Source: a virus
Taxonomy: Duplodnaviria > Heunggongvirae > Uroviricota > Caudoviricetes
IMG/VR virus record: IMGVR_UViG_3300017747_005082
Span: 73,618-137,617 of that record
Length of the DNA: 64,000 nucleotides
Strand: one strand, 5' to 3'
Shown here one piece after another: positions 9,833 through 19,547 of the stretch. The notes beneath the pieces are model-generated. The model made no database searches. It had not been told where the DNA came from and saw only the letters and a program-made list of their open reading frames with translations. The translations under genes and the position numbers were made by a program. How positions within the stretch are numbered: position 1 is the stretch's first letter; each line of letters starts with the position of its first letter.

Positions 9833-10136
9833 AATAATAAATTTATTTAAAAATCCTCTAATCCATTTCCATGTGGACTATTATTTATCTGACTCTTGTA
9901 CAGATAGTAGTAACTGGAAATAATAGCTTACAATAAACAACCTACTCATGGCAGTAGTGTAATAAAACTTAGATATATTTATAATCTTAATTCTTAACGT
10001 GAGCGGGCTTTACTTACACCGTCATTTCTTCCATGCAAGCTTATATTAACTCCTTGGGATTATAACATCTTAGAGCACTCACTACAGATGTATCATATTT
10101 TATTACTGTTTATCTTCAGTTAGAGGATTTATTATT

Positions 10137-10556
10137 TTAATATGGACATAAAACAGATATTGGAGTCATACTAATTGACCACTGACTTGATGTAATTCCA
10201 TTAACTGTTGTAGTAGTAAATACAAAATGAAATGCTAAACCAACATTATATACCTTATGTCCCATCTTTGGTGTACCATGTTGGCATGTAGGTTGTCTTG
10301 GTGTATCTTCATAACTTTCTGTTGAAAAATAAATAGCTTCAGATTCCACTAACATTTCAAATTCATTTGTTAAATCAGTAATATTTAATGTATATTCCGT
10401 TGCGAGTTTCTCTAAATCAATATTAGATATATCTTGATTTAAAGTTTTTATATTTTTTGATTCAAGATTATTTTGTTTTTCCTGATTATCCTCAACGGAA
10501 CAAGATGTAATACTTATTGTAAATATACATAATAGACTTAAAAATAATTGTTTCAT
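10137..10556 (-). CDS. putative lipoprotein (139 aa)
   Basis: MKQLFLSLLCIFTISITSCSVED. Confidence 0.5.
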   Translation of the reverse strand: MKQLFLSLLCIFTISITSCSVEDNQEKQNNLESKNIKTLNQDISNIDLEKLATEYTLNITDLTNEFEMLVESEAIYFSTESYEDTPRQPTCQHGTPKMGHKVYNVGLAFHFVFTTTTVNGITSSQWSISMTPISVLCPY

Positions 10557-11640
10557 TTTATTTAATTGGTTTTATGGCTGTTTTAGCCGGTTTGTAATTT
10601 AATTTTAAAAATATTCCTGTCAAGATTACAGTCTCGAAATAATAGTGAAGTACCAAACCACTCCACACCCTATTTAATCATACCATTGATACTGTATCTG
10701 TATGATGTTTTATTACCTCTCCAATAAATAACAGATCTGTAAATCTTGTAATAATGTTATGTTTTAAATCATTAGCGGGATTAATGCCCAAGTCACATTT
10801 GAAAATACATATCCTAACTATACTTATCATTCTATTACTATTTATTTTCAAGCAGGAATATTTATATTGTTAATCAGATAATTCTTTTATTTCGAATAAA
10901 TTATGTTTTTCACTATATGGAATTGTTAATTCTCCTTTTTGATATTTTTCTATATCCTGTAAATTAAAGATTTTAGGATAAATAAAAGAAGATTTAGTAA
11001 ATTTATTTATAATAAGTATACAATACATAATATTTAATTTAATTCATATTCTTCAAAAAGTAAATAATTAACATACCCTATAGCTTCTTCTCGACTTCCA
11101 CTCCCTGTATGTTGAAGATAATCAATTATATTTTCAACTGTATTACATTCTCCAATATTTCGGGTCATTTCAAAGAAATCAGCTTCTCTATTATAAACAG
11201 CATTTATTTCTTCTTGTAGCAATTCTTTTTTAATTTTATCTAGTAAGATCATGAGGGATATTTGTGTTTTAAGTTATAAGGTAAATATATAAACTTTATC
11301 TTAAAATTCCAAATTTTTTAAGACCCTCAAATCATTTAGAAAAAACTATTTATATTAATTATATTGATGTGTTATTTCAAAATATAAGTCACCTATATAA
11401 TTTCCAACTTCATGTTCTTCTATTCCACCCCCTCTACATAAATGTTGTTTCAATTCTTCAACAGTTTCAAGATTAATAATATCGCTCATTATAACAGCTT
11501 CATTAACATTTCTTTCATGTGATGAAAATCTAAACTCTTTAGCTACTTCGTTTAGAGCTTTTAACTCTTCTACTAATAGTGTAGGTTTTAATACTTCAAT
11601 AATTATATTTCTCATAACCTTTTATTTTTTAATCTTACAT

Positions 11641-11654
11641 TGTAAATATATGAA
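11641..11654 (-). promoter_or_regulatory. conserved promoter-like motif
   Basis: tgtaaatatatgaa upstream of 11355..11615. Confidence 0.5.
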
Positions 11655-11730
11655 TTTATTTTTAATAATCCTATTCCTAAATTAAAAACGCTCAGATTTT
11701 CATCCAAGCGTTTTTATAAAAATATTAAAA

Positions 11731-12216
11731 TTATTTTACTGTTGCAACTAACTTTTGAATAATATCTGGGTTAGCTTCTTCGATCTTATGAGCTAACTTT
11801 TCAGCAGCTTTATCAATTACTTCTTCTACAATAATAGGATTTAATTCAGAAATAGAACCTACTGGTCTACCTCTTTTTACAGTACCTATTTTAGATAAAC
11901 GTTCTTGTCTTGCGGAATTCGGGTCCACCGGTCTTCCCAATTTCAAAGTCCCCTCTTTTCTTTTTTCTTCCAATTCCATTTTACGTTTATGGAATTCAGA
12001 ATTTGGATCAATTGGACGTCCTCTATGTCCTTGTTTTTGTTTTGCTAATCTTTGTTGTCTTACACTGTTTGGGTCTACTTTACGACCTCTTGTTTCAGTG
12101 TTTGGAGCTTCTTCAATTTTAGCAATAATCTCCTCTTTTTTAAGCCCTTTGGTATTAATCCCTAATCCTTTGGCTTGAGTACGTAACTCTTGATAATCAT
12201 TTGATTTAATTTTCAT
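11731..12216 (-). CDS. AT-hook-like repeat protein (161 aa), candidate DNA-binding/nucleoid protein
   Basis: Four repeats of (R/K)GR(P/K)(V/I)DPNS.RQ.RL.K with a GRP core; promoter motif 12264-12277. Confidence 0.45.
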   Translation of the reverse strand: MKIKSNDYQELRTQAKGLGINTKGLKKEEIIAKIEEAPNTETRGRKVDPNSVRQQRLAKQKQGHRGRPIDPNSEFHKRKMELEEKRKEGTLKLGRPVDPNSARQERLSKIGTVKRGRPVGSISELNPIIVEEVIDKAAEKLAHKIEEANPDIIQKLVATVK

Positions 12217-12263
12217 AACTAATTAATTTTGATTTAACAATTGAATTTTTTAAAATTCTTATA

Positions 12264-12277
12264 TTGTAAATATACGA
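12264..12277 (-). promoter_or_regulatory. conserved promoter-like motif
   Basis: tgtaaatatacgaa upstream of 11731..12216. Confidence 0.5.
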
Positions 12278-13220
12278 ACAAATTTACTAAGAATCACTTA
12301 ATCACTCATAAAGTTTTATTAAAATTAAATTATATTGATTTTCTAAGTACTAAAAGTTTTTCGTTTGGTTTTAATTCTATATCTTTGGACTTAACAAAAG
12401 ATAAAAATGAATCTTTTATTGTTGGAAATACCCAACTTCTTAAATCATCAGGAAATTCACTACAATAATCTTTAAAAACATACTCATTATTTTTCCCAGG
12501 TCTCAAATTTCTAATACCCCCTCTTATAATATTTTTACAATCAAATGTTATTTCCTTTTCGGATGCGATGCCTAGTATTTCCATTCCAAGAAGTGAAACC
12601 GACTTATGTTTGCATATATTATTCAAACTGTCCTTATAAAACAACGCATTTCCAAAATTTGCCTTCTCAAAGCTATGTGTCTCTATTGGCATTACCACAA
12701 CAAATATATTTGGTATTATTTCTTTCATAAGATTTTATTAATTTCTTTATCTTCAAAATATTGTTTTATTAAATTATTTTTATAATTATATATTATTCCA
12801 ATATAAATAAACAAAAATCCAATATCTAAAGAAGGTGGACTCCAACTATTTGTTTTAATTAAATTAGTATTTAATACCATATAAGGTAAAAGACTTAAAC
12901 TATTAGGATTTAAATGAAATCCAAAGATAAAATGAGCTATTGTAAAAGATATATAATAATAATCTTTTTCTTTGGTTTGTTCTATAATTAGCCATTGGCT
13001 CTCAAATAATATTTTATACATTTTTATTAATATTTAATAAATATCGTCATCTGAGCTGTCACCATTAAATATAGTATAAAATACACCATATAAACAAGCT
13101 AATGTTGCTGTAATAATTATTCCTATAAACAAATAAACCCACAAATTAAAATAACTAAAAATAAATAATAATAATATAAATATTATCATTGCAATCAAAG
13201 GTTTCTTATGTTTTTCCATT

Positions 13221-13910
13221 TTATTTAATTTTAGTTGGGACATTATAATTTTCTTTTAACCAATTTTTAAGATACGCAATATAATGACTTTCTTCATCAA
13301 AATCTTTAGGTGTATAAGTAAAATTATTAATAACTTCATCCCAAGTTTCTTGAATTGGTTTAATATTGATAGTATTATCAGAATTTACTTTAAGTAATTC
13401 TTTTAAAATAAAAGAACCTTTAAAAACATTATTACTGTAATACTCTCTTTCTTTTACTTCCTCATACTCAACATTAACCAATTCAATAATATTATCTTTA
13501 TTGTATTCTTCAATATAATATTTAATCCATTCTTCTGAAGGTTTAGGTAAATTAAGTTCAGGATTAGTTGTAGCTGTAATTTTCTTACAATATTGAACAT
13601 ACATTTCTCCACAATATGTATAAGTTTCTCCTTCTTTTGTATCTGAAATTAATTCTTTTATACTATGTGCTTCAAATCCTGCTTTACTTCTAAATTTACC
13701 TACTCTAAAAATACTTTCTGTCCTAGTAGTATAAATATAATCTCCTTCTTTAATTTCATCATCTGATAAGAAATAAAGATGTAAATGGTCTACACCTCCA
13801 TAAGAACGCATAATTTCATCATACTCTAATTTATTATCCAAATTTAAACATAAAGGGCTTGATTTATCAGTAGCTAACATAACTACTTGTATTTTTTTAT
13901 CTTGTGTCAT
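13221..13910 (-). CDS. hypothetical protein (229 aa)
   Basis: ORF track. Confidence 0.5.
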   Translation of the reverse strand: MTQDKKIQVVMLATDKSSPLCLNLDNKLEYDEIMRSYGGVDHLHLYFLSDDEIKEGDYIYTTRTESIFRVGKFRSKAGFEAHSIKELISDTKEGETYTYCGEMYVQYCKKITATTNPELNLPKPSEEWIKYYIEEYNKDNIIELVNVEYEEVKEREYYSNNVFKGSFILKELLKVNSDNTINIKPIQETWDEVINNFTYTPKDFDEESHYIAYLKNWLKENYNVPTKIK

Positions 13911-13914
13911 ATTA

Positions 13915-14181
13915 TTAATCTTTAGAAATTATATATCTGCGAATATTTAAATAGATTACATCTCCTATTGCAAAATTAAAATCTTTTACTTTAGCATTAA
14001 ATGTATATGTTTGTGTGTCAGTTTGTACATAAATAGTATTTGAAGTACATATATTACCCATAAAAGAATTACATTCTACTTTAGATACTTTAGCTTTTAT
14101 AGTAAATTCACTATCAAGACCTACTTTTTTACAAGATATATAACATAATCCTAATAATAGGATAAATAAATATTTTTTCAT
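13915..14181 (-). CDS. putative lipoprotein (88 aa)
   Basis: MKKYLFILLLGLCYISCKK. Confidence 0.45.
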   Translation of the reverse strand: MKKYLFILLLGLCYISCKKVGLDSEFTIKAKVSKVECNSFMGNICTSNTIYVQTDTQTYTFNAKVKDFNFAIGDVIYLNIRRYIISKD

Positions 14182-14213
14182 TTTGTTTTAATTTAGTTTT
14201 ATTATTTATATAA

Positions 14214-14330
14214 AAACTAGATAACTAAGAATACTGTAAGTAGAGTTACTTCTTCGCATCTTATTATCTTAACATTAACTTTATCTACGTACTATTAATG
14301 CAAGTACTAAATAAGAGAGTTATCTAGTTT
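14214..14330. repeat. 13-bp perfect inverted repeat (AAACTAGATAACT / AGTTATCTAGTTT) enclosing 91 nt in an intergenic region
   Basis: Arms at 14214-14226 and 14318-14330; between the stop of 14350..14808 and the start of 13915..14181. Confidence 0.6.
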
Positions 14331-14349
14331 ATTATTTGGAAAATATATA

Positions 14350-14808
14350 CTAATATTTATAAATTCCTACTAATTCTTCTTTACCTTCTGAATTAGTGGT
14401 TATTTTTAATCTTCTTTTCACATCTGGAAGCTCAGGAATATCCTTATACCAAAAACCATAACCATCTTTATATTGAACTTGAGAAATAAACTCTTTAGGT
14501 AATTGTTGTTTATATTTTGATTGAATATGTTGTTTAAAATTATTTATACAACTATCTTCAAATTTATGTTCAGGAAATGATGTAGTATCTCTAAATTCAT
14601 ACCCATATTTAGCAGCTCCAATCATATCTTCTAATGTAAATTGTTTGGATTGTGATATTTTATAACCAGTGACAAAAGCTTTAATCCATCTTTTTAATCC
14701 TTTTGGAGGATTAGATAATTTAGCTGTATGATATTGAACTCCTCTATTATGAATTTTAAATGGTAATGGAAATTTTTTCTTTGGCAAGTTTTTCAATATC
14801 TTTTTCAA
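14350..14808 (-). CDS. hypothetical protein (152 aa)
   Basis: ORF track. Confidence 0.45.
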   Translation of the reverse strand: MKKILKNLPKKKFPLPFKIHNRGVQYHTAKLSNPPKGLKRWIKAFVTGYKISQSKQFTLEDMIGAAKYGYEFRDTTSFPEHKFEDSCINNFKQHIQSKYKQQLPKEFISQVQYKDGYGFWYKDIPELPDVKRRLKITTNSEGKEELVGIYKY

Positions 14809-15016
14809 ATGGATTAGGAAGTAATGGAATTCCTTCTAATTCTTTGGATTCTTTTGTTAGAGGATAATAACCCAAAATAGTTTTACAACATTCATCTTTT
14901 TCAAATCCTGAATATTCATTAATATTTCCTGAATACTCACAATAGAAAAATTTTTTGAGTTCTATTTTATTACTAATAAAGAGTAAATAATCTTTCGTTT
15001 GTATTAATTCCATAAC

Positions 15017-15331
15017 TTATTTTATTATAAATAAAGTATATGTCCCTTTTGGAAATTTCTCCATAGCTTCTTTGCTACCATAAGCGTAATGATTGATTTC
15101 ACATCTTAATGGTTGTTTAAACTTAGTTGTTTTATTTCCATCATCAATTAAAGTCATATATTCTTTACCTTCTTTTATATATTCTTTAGGATTTCCACAC
15201 CCTGCAATTATATATTTATCATTTAATAAAAAATATGAAGTATCATCACCCCAAACTTTTACAAATTCATTTTGATTAAATTTAGATAATAATACTTTAT
15301 TTTCTGCTTTAAGTATAGAAACTTTATTCAT
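15017..15331 (-). CDS. hypothetical protein (104 aa)
   Basis: ORF track; promoter motif 15350-15363. Confidence 0.5.
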   Translation of the reverse strand: MNKVSILKAENKVLLSKFNQNEFVKVWGDDTSYFLLNDKYIIAGCGNPKEYIKEGKEYMTLIDDGNKTTKFKQPLRCEINHYAYGSKEAMEKFPKGTYTLFIIK

Positions 15332-15349
15332 AACTATTTAATTTTATAT

Positions 15350-15363
15350 TGTAAATATATGAA
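15350..15363 (-). promoter_or_regulatory. conserved promoter-like motif
   Basis: tgtaaatatatgaa upstream of 15017..15331. Confidence 0.5.
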
Positions 15364-15390
15364 TTATAATTAAATAATCCTATTCCAAAA

Positions 15391-15954
15391 TTATTTAATT
15401 AAATTTTTTAATTTTTCAAAATGTTTTTTATCTTGAGGAGTACCAGCCCAATTAATAAGCTCGAACCAACGAATCATATCCTCATCAGATACCTTTTGAT
15501 CAAAATACTCATAAACAATATTAAAACGTAAATCACAACCCCAAATTGATCTTTTTAATTCAGAATCAAAATCATTATAAAAATATTCATTTCCTTTAAA
15601 TAGAATAGGGAATTCATTATTCATAAAGGCTTGAATAGTTGAAAGTCTTTGCTTACCATCAATAATTTTAAAGATTTTATCTTGCTCTAATTTTAATTTA
15701 CCTTTCTGATCATCTTCATAGACAATTGCAGCAAATCGTGGAAGTAATATTCCCTTAATGATTGATATGATTAATTCTTGTTTTTGTTGAAGTGTCCAAA
15801 CAAAATCTCTTTGTAAAGAAGTTCCATCTGATAATCGAACATCATAATCAATTTTATAACCATAATTACGTTCAAAAAAGTAAGAAGGTTGATAAGATAC
15901 TTCTTGACGAATATCTAAATTGATTGGTTTTACTATATCTCTAAATTTCAACAT
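15391..15954 (-). CDS. DUF262-like (ParB/GmrSD N-terminal nuclease-fold) protein (187 aa)
   Basis: IIDGKQRLSTI matches the DGQQR signature of the DUF262 / ParB-like NTPase-nuclease domain. Confidence 0.5.
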   Translation of the reverse strand: MLKFRDIVKPINLDIRQEVSYQPSYFFERNYGYKIDYDVRLSDGTSLQRDFVWTLQQKQELIISIIKGILLPRFAAIVYEDDQKGKLKLEQDKIFKIIDGKQRLSTIQAFMNNEFPILFKGNEYFYNDFDSELKRSIWGCDLRFNIVYEYFDQKVSDEDMIRWFELINWAGTPQDKKHFEKLKNLIK

Positions 15955-15961
15955 TATTTAA

Positions 15962-16480
15962 TTAGGTTTTTATTGATTCAACTTTTATAGCATCCAGTAT
16001 CTTTTTTACTTCAATAACATCCATTATTTTGGCTCTCATTCTTTTTGCATCTGTTTTATTTCCTATAACAACACCATCTTTAATGGTAAAAGCATGTTTG
16101 TTAATTAAAACTAAATAAGTTCCTATAGGATATTTTTCCAAAAACATTTTAACTGTTATTTTACATGCTCCTTTACCTTTACCTTGATGAGTAAGACTAC
16201 CAGGATATGTTATTTCTTTACTATCAATATAATTAGGAATTTTCCCATTTATTATAGGATGGGAAGAAAAAAATTGATGAATTTGAAAATTTTTAGTACC
16301 TTTTCGGTTTTGTCTATTTAATTGTTCTGAACATATATTATGTGATAAATCATAATCAATATCAAATGCTGTTGATAAAGCTCTAACAAAACAATCGTTA
16401 GTTTCTTTCTTTATCTTATTTGATTGTAATATATTGCTTGATACAACATATTTTACTCCTTTATCAGTAGTATTATACAT
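15962..16480 (-). CDS. hypothetical protein (172 aa)
   Basis: ORF track; promoter 16506-16519 directly after hairpin 16520-16537. Confidence 0.5.
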   Translation of the reverse strand: MYNTTDKGVKYVVSSNILQSNKIKKETNDCFVRALSTAFDIDYDLSHNICSEQLNRQNRKGTKNFQIHQFFSSHPIINGKIPNYIDSKEITYPGSLTHQGKGKGACKITVKMFLEKYPIGTYLVLINKHAFTIKDGVVIGNKTDAKRMRAKIMDVIEVKKILDAIKVESIKT

Positions 16481-16505
16481 AACCTATATTTTAATTATTT
16501 ATATT

Positions 16506-16537
16506 AGTAAATATACGAAAGGCCCCTTGAGGGGCCT
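16506..16537 (-). promoter_or_regulatory. terminator-promoter cassette: hairpin AGGCCCCTTGAGGGGCCT (16520-16537) fused to motif variant agtaaatatacgaa (16506-16519)
   Basis: GC hairpin straight after the stop of 16543..16818, followed on the coding strand by TTTCGTATATTTACT upstream of 15962..16480. Confidence 0.5.
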
Positions 16538-16821
16538 ATACCTTATTCTATAATAACTAAATCTTCCTTTTTATCAATTGGTTTTACCTCTATACCAAGC
16601 CCTTCATATTTTAATAATGAATTACTTACATATCTATATAATCCAACTATATTTTTTTGATCTTTTGTTTTCTGTATAATTAATTTTTTATCAGTCTCTT
16701 TTATATCTTTTGTTTGAATAAATTCAATTATAAAATCTTGAGCTAACTTTAAATCTGAAATGTTAAACAAATGGGAGGCAATTTGTTCAAATATGCTTTT
16801 AATGGGGAATTTAGACATAGT

Positions 16822-17067
16822 TTAATAAATTTCGTAGTTTAACGAAGATATTATTTCCGCAAATTTTTCAGATGAATATACGCAAACAGTTAATTCACCA
16901 TTTTGTTTCTCTTTAAGATCAATATACGCATAATCAATATCATTATCAAATTGAGTAAAATCCCATTCCTTTATGTTAGAAATATTATATATCTTACCAT
17001 CGCTCAGACATTTAACTTCTTTAGCATTTTTGAAATGGGATTTTATTTGTTTTTTGGAAATTTTCAT
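16822..17067 (-). CDS. YEIY-family small protein (...LNYEIY); paralog of 17080..17322, which lacks the tail
   Basis: C-terminal NYEIY; both ORFs share HF..(A/V)K.V.CLS.G. Confidence 0.5.
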   Translation of the reverse strand: MKISKKQIKSHFKNAKEVKCLSDGKIYNISNIKEWDFTQFDNDIDYAYIDLKEKQNGELTVCVYSSEKFAEIISSLNYEIY

Positions 17068-17349
17068 AAAAACAAGATTCTAGAAAACATTATATTCTCT
17101 TGTATCATTATTTTTATACTCACTAGTAGGAGCCAATTTTTCTAAAGATGAATCATACAAACGTACTAAATTGTTTGTTTTATCATCTCTACACCAAATA
17201 GTTCCATCATCATCTTGGGTGAGATCATTTAACTGTGTAATTACTGATACACCTCCACTAGATAGACATCTCACTTTTTTTACACTAGCAAAATGTTTTC
17301 TGATATCGTTTAATGTTTTCATAAATATAAAATATTTTTAGCCACCAAA

Positions 17350-17372
17350 AGCCTCAACTTTCGATGAGGCTT
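17350..17372 (-). terminator. intrinsic terminator-like hairpin after 17394..17855
   Basis: AGCCTCA-(8 nt loop)-TGAGGCT followed by TTTTGG on the minus strand. Confidence 0.5.
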
Positions 17373-17393
17373 TATGATTTTTTGTTTGGATTT

Positions 17394-17855
17394 TTATTCT
17401 TGTCCTCCAATAGCACTTACCAATTTCTTGAAGAACATTTCTTTTTGATCTTCTTGAGAAAGGAATTTTGTTGCTTCTTCTTCAAGAGCTTTGTATTTAT
17501 CCAACTCTTCTTTATGAGTAATAATTTGAATTCTCAAATTAATATCATGTTTCCAATCCGAAGCAGTACCTCCATCAAGAACGAATTCTGGGAATGTATC
17601 TACTCCAAGATCTTTTGCAGCTGCTGCATAAGCTTCAGATCTACCTTTAACTGATGAATAAGCTTTGATCAAATTATCCACTTTTGTTTCAGTATTGATA
17701 TCACCAAATCCTGATAGCTTTCCAGCTGTTTTGAATTTTGTTGTTTCAATCCCTTTGAATGATTTGATTTTTTCCTTAATCATTTCTAATACATCAGGAA
17801 TTGAACCTGTGAATTGACCTGCTACAGAAACCGCGTTTTCTTTTTGTGTTGACAT
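17394..17855 (-). CDS. hypothetical Ala/Lys/Glu-rich protein (153 aa) on its own promoter-terminator unit
   Basis: Promoter motif 17928-17941; terminator hairpin 17350-17372 straight after the stop. Confidence 0.55.
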   Translation of the reverse strand: MSTQKENAVSVAGQFTGSIPDVLEMIKEKIKSFKGIETTKFKTAGKLSGFGDINTETKVDNLIKAYSSVKGRSEAYAAAAKDLGVDTFPEFVLDGGTASDWKHDINLRIQIITHKEELDKYKALEEEATKFLSQEDQKEMFFKKLVSAIGGQE

Positions 17856-17927
17856 AATCTTTGTTGTTTTAAATTTAAAATTGTTTAATGAATTATTATT
17901 GTTTATTAATTTTACTTTGTAAATATA

Positions 17928-17941
17928 CGAAATTTAAATCT
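17928..17941 (-). promoter_or_regulatory. conserved promoter-like motif
   Basis: tgtaaatatacgaa upstream of 17394..17855. Confidence 0.5.
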
Positions 17942-18035
17942 CAAATCCAAATATTTTTATAATAATCTTTTTAAAATTAAATTTTTTTAAAAATATAATT
18001 GTAAGAGCCATTATTGAGTATCTACCAACTATAGT

Positions 18036-18135
18036 AAAAATTCATTAATGAGAACTGCCCGTTCTAATGAATTCTAAAACTCGAACCTGTTTAATTTTAG
18101 AAAGATTATTATTTCAATATTTCAAATAGCTTTAA
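18036..18135 (-). ncRNA. candidate small RNA: ORF-less segment between promoter motif 18145-18158 and a hairpin + U-run terminator (18036-18074)
   Basis: Full promoter motif with no ORF over 25 aa downstream; imperfect 13-17 bp stem (TTCATTAATGAGAAC / GTTCTAATGAATT) followed by TTTTT on the minus strand. Confidence 0.35.
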
Positions 18136-18144
18136 ATCTTATAT

Positions 18145-18158
18145 TGTAAATATACGAA
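18145..18158 (-). promoter_or_regulatory. conserved promoter-like motif (drives the ORF-less segment)
   Basis: tgtaaatatacgaa. Confidence 0.5.
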
Positions 18159-18420
18159 TTAAAAATTAATAATCCAAATTTCTTTTTAAAAAATTTCATA
18201 AATTGGATTTACTAATTTTATTTTACTTGTTGGTATATTCCACCCAAATCCCTTTTCACAAATACCTCCACAATCATGATTCTTTTCATGTCCTTTATCC
18301 CATTTTACTGATATGTAGTTATTTTTTGTTTTATTACAGTACCATAATCACCTACATTTAAATGATTATACTCTGATATTACTTCTATACGATCTCCTGT
18401 TTTAAATTCTCCTTCCATAA

Positions 18421-18711
18421 CTAATATATTTCATATGTTGTAGTTATTTCAATTACATTGAAGGGTTTATTTAATTTATCATATTCAAGAATTTCTTGAG
18501 GAGTAGCATACCTCCAATCATTAAGACCTTTCACACTGGAGAAAGATTTGTTATAAAGATGAGCTTGGAAACCATTATTTGTAGAACCATTAATATCTTT
18601 ATAAACTTTTAAATAATTATCATCACATCTTTGTTTATAACAAAAATTTAATTTAAAACCTATACTTTCCAATCCTTTTAAGATTACAATATATTCTCCC
18701 TTTTTAAACAT
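18421..18711 (-). CDS. YEIY-family small protein (...TTTYEIY)
   Basis: C-terminal tail; homologous to 27470..27766 (NDWRYA(T/S)PQEI.EYDK). Confidence 0.55.
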   Translation of the reverse strand: MFKKGEYIVILKGLESIGFKLNFCYKQRCDDNYLKVYKDINGSTNNGFQAHLYNKSFSSVKGLNDWRYATPQEILEYDKLNKPFNVIEITTTYEIY

Positions 18712-18974
18712 AATTTTATATTTTATTTTAAATATTCTATTAAATTAGTTTTTAAATTTAATACCATATCATTTCCAATCATAATACATGGTTTTCCCGC
18801 AATAATCACTTGTTTACCATTATGTTTTTCTTTTTTAATGGTATTATACATAGATGAAGAATCCTCACAATATATACGTTGTTTTTTAATCGCCATCAAG
18901 TAATTTCTTTAATTTTGCCTCTGTTTCCTCTATCTTTTTATAGATAATTTCCAACATTTCTAATATCCCCATAA

Positions 18975-19268
18975 CTAATATATTTCATAATTATTTTTTA
19001 TGATATCTTCATATGGTATAAATTTATCTTCTTTTAAACAAGTATTATACCATAATTTTTCTTCATAAGTGGCTTCCCTTAATTTATATTTACTAGGGTT
19101 TCGATAACTACTACCACTCCAACTTTGAATACTAACACGTAATACACATTTATCACCAATAATATCATCATTATCCCCAATATGAGAAAAGCGGATTAAA
19201 TATTCATATTGAGTTTTATGAAAATAAATTTCTCCAGGAATTAAATCTTCTATTTCAATATATGTCAT
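18975..19268 (-). CDS. YEIY-family small protein (...NNYEIY)
   Basis: C-terminal tail; LIPGEIY and R.AT.EEK.W motifs shared with neighbours. Confidence 0.55.
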   Translation of the reverse strand: MTYIEIEDLIPGEIYFHKTQYEYLIRFSHIGDNDDIIGDKCVLRVSIQSWSGSSYRNPSKYKLREATYEEKLWYNTCLKEDKFIPYEDIIKNNYEIY

Positions 19269-19545
19269 AACTTTCTACTTTAGGTAATTTTTCATAAGAT
19301 ATATAATCATTTATCTCAATACAATAATTTAACCATCTTTTTTCTTCATCAGTAGCTAATCGAATAGTACTTCCACTTTCACTATTTATATAACCTGTAT
19401 CAAAATATGATATTTTTGTATTTATAAAATATTTTCCGCATGCCCTTTTTTCATTATAATGAGTAAATAAAAAAATATATTCATTTTTAGATTCTTCATA
19501 TTTCTGACAATAAATTTCTCCAGGAATTAATTCAGTATATTTCAT
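19255..19545 (-). CDS. YEIY-family small protein (...ESYDIY)
   Basis: C-terminal tail; 14-nt overlap with the next gene, whose ATG lies inside the TATGAC tail codons. Confidence 0.55.
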   Translation of the reverse strand: MKYTELIPGEIYCQKYEESKNEYIFLFTHYNEKRACGKYFINTKISYFDTGYINSESGSTIRLATDEEKRWLNYCIEINDYISYEKLPKVESYDIY

Positions 19546-19547
19546 AA

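Noticed and set aside
11731-12216. Tandem DNA repeat or VNTR in the AT-hook gene
   Set aside because: The repeats are conserved at protein level but diverged at DNA level, so there is no perfect nucleotide tandem repeat.
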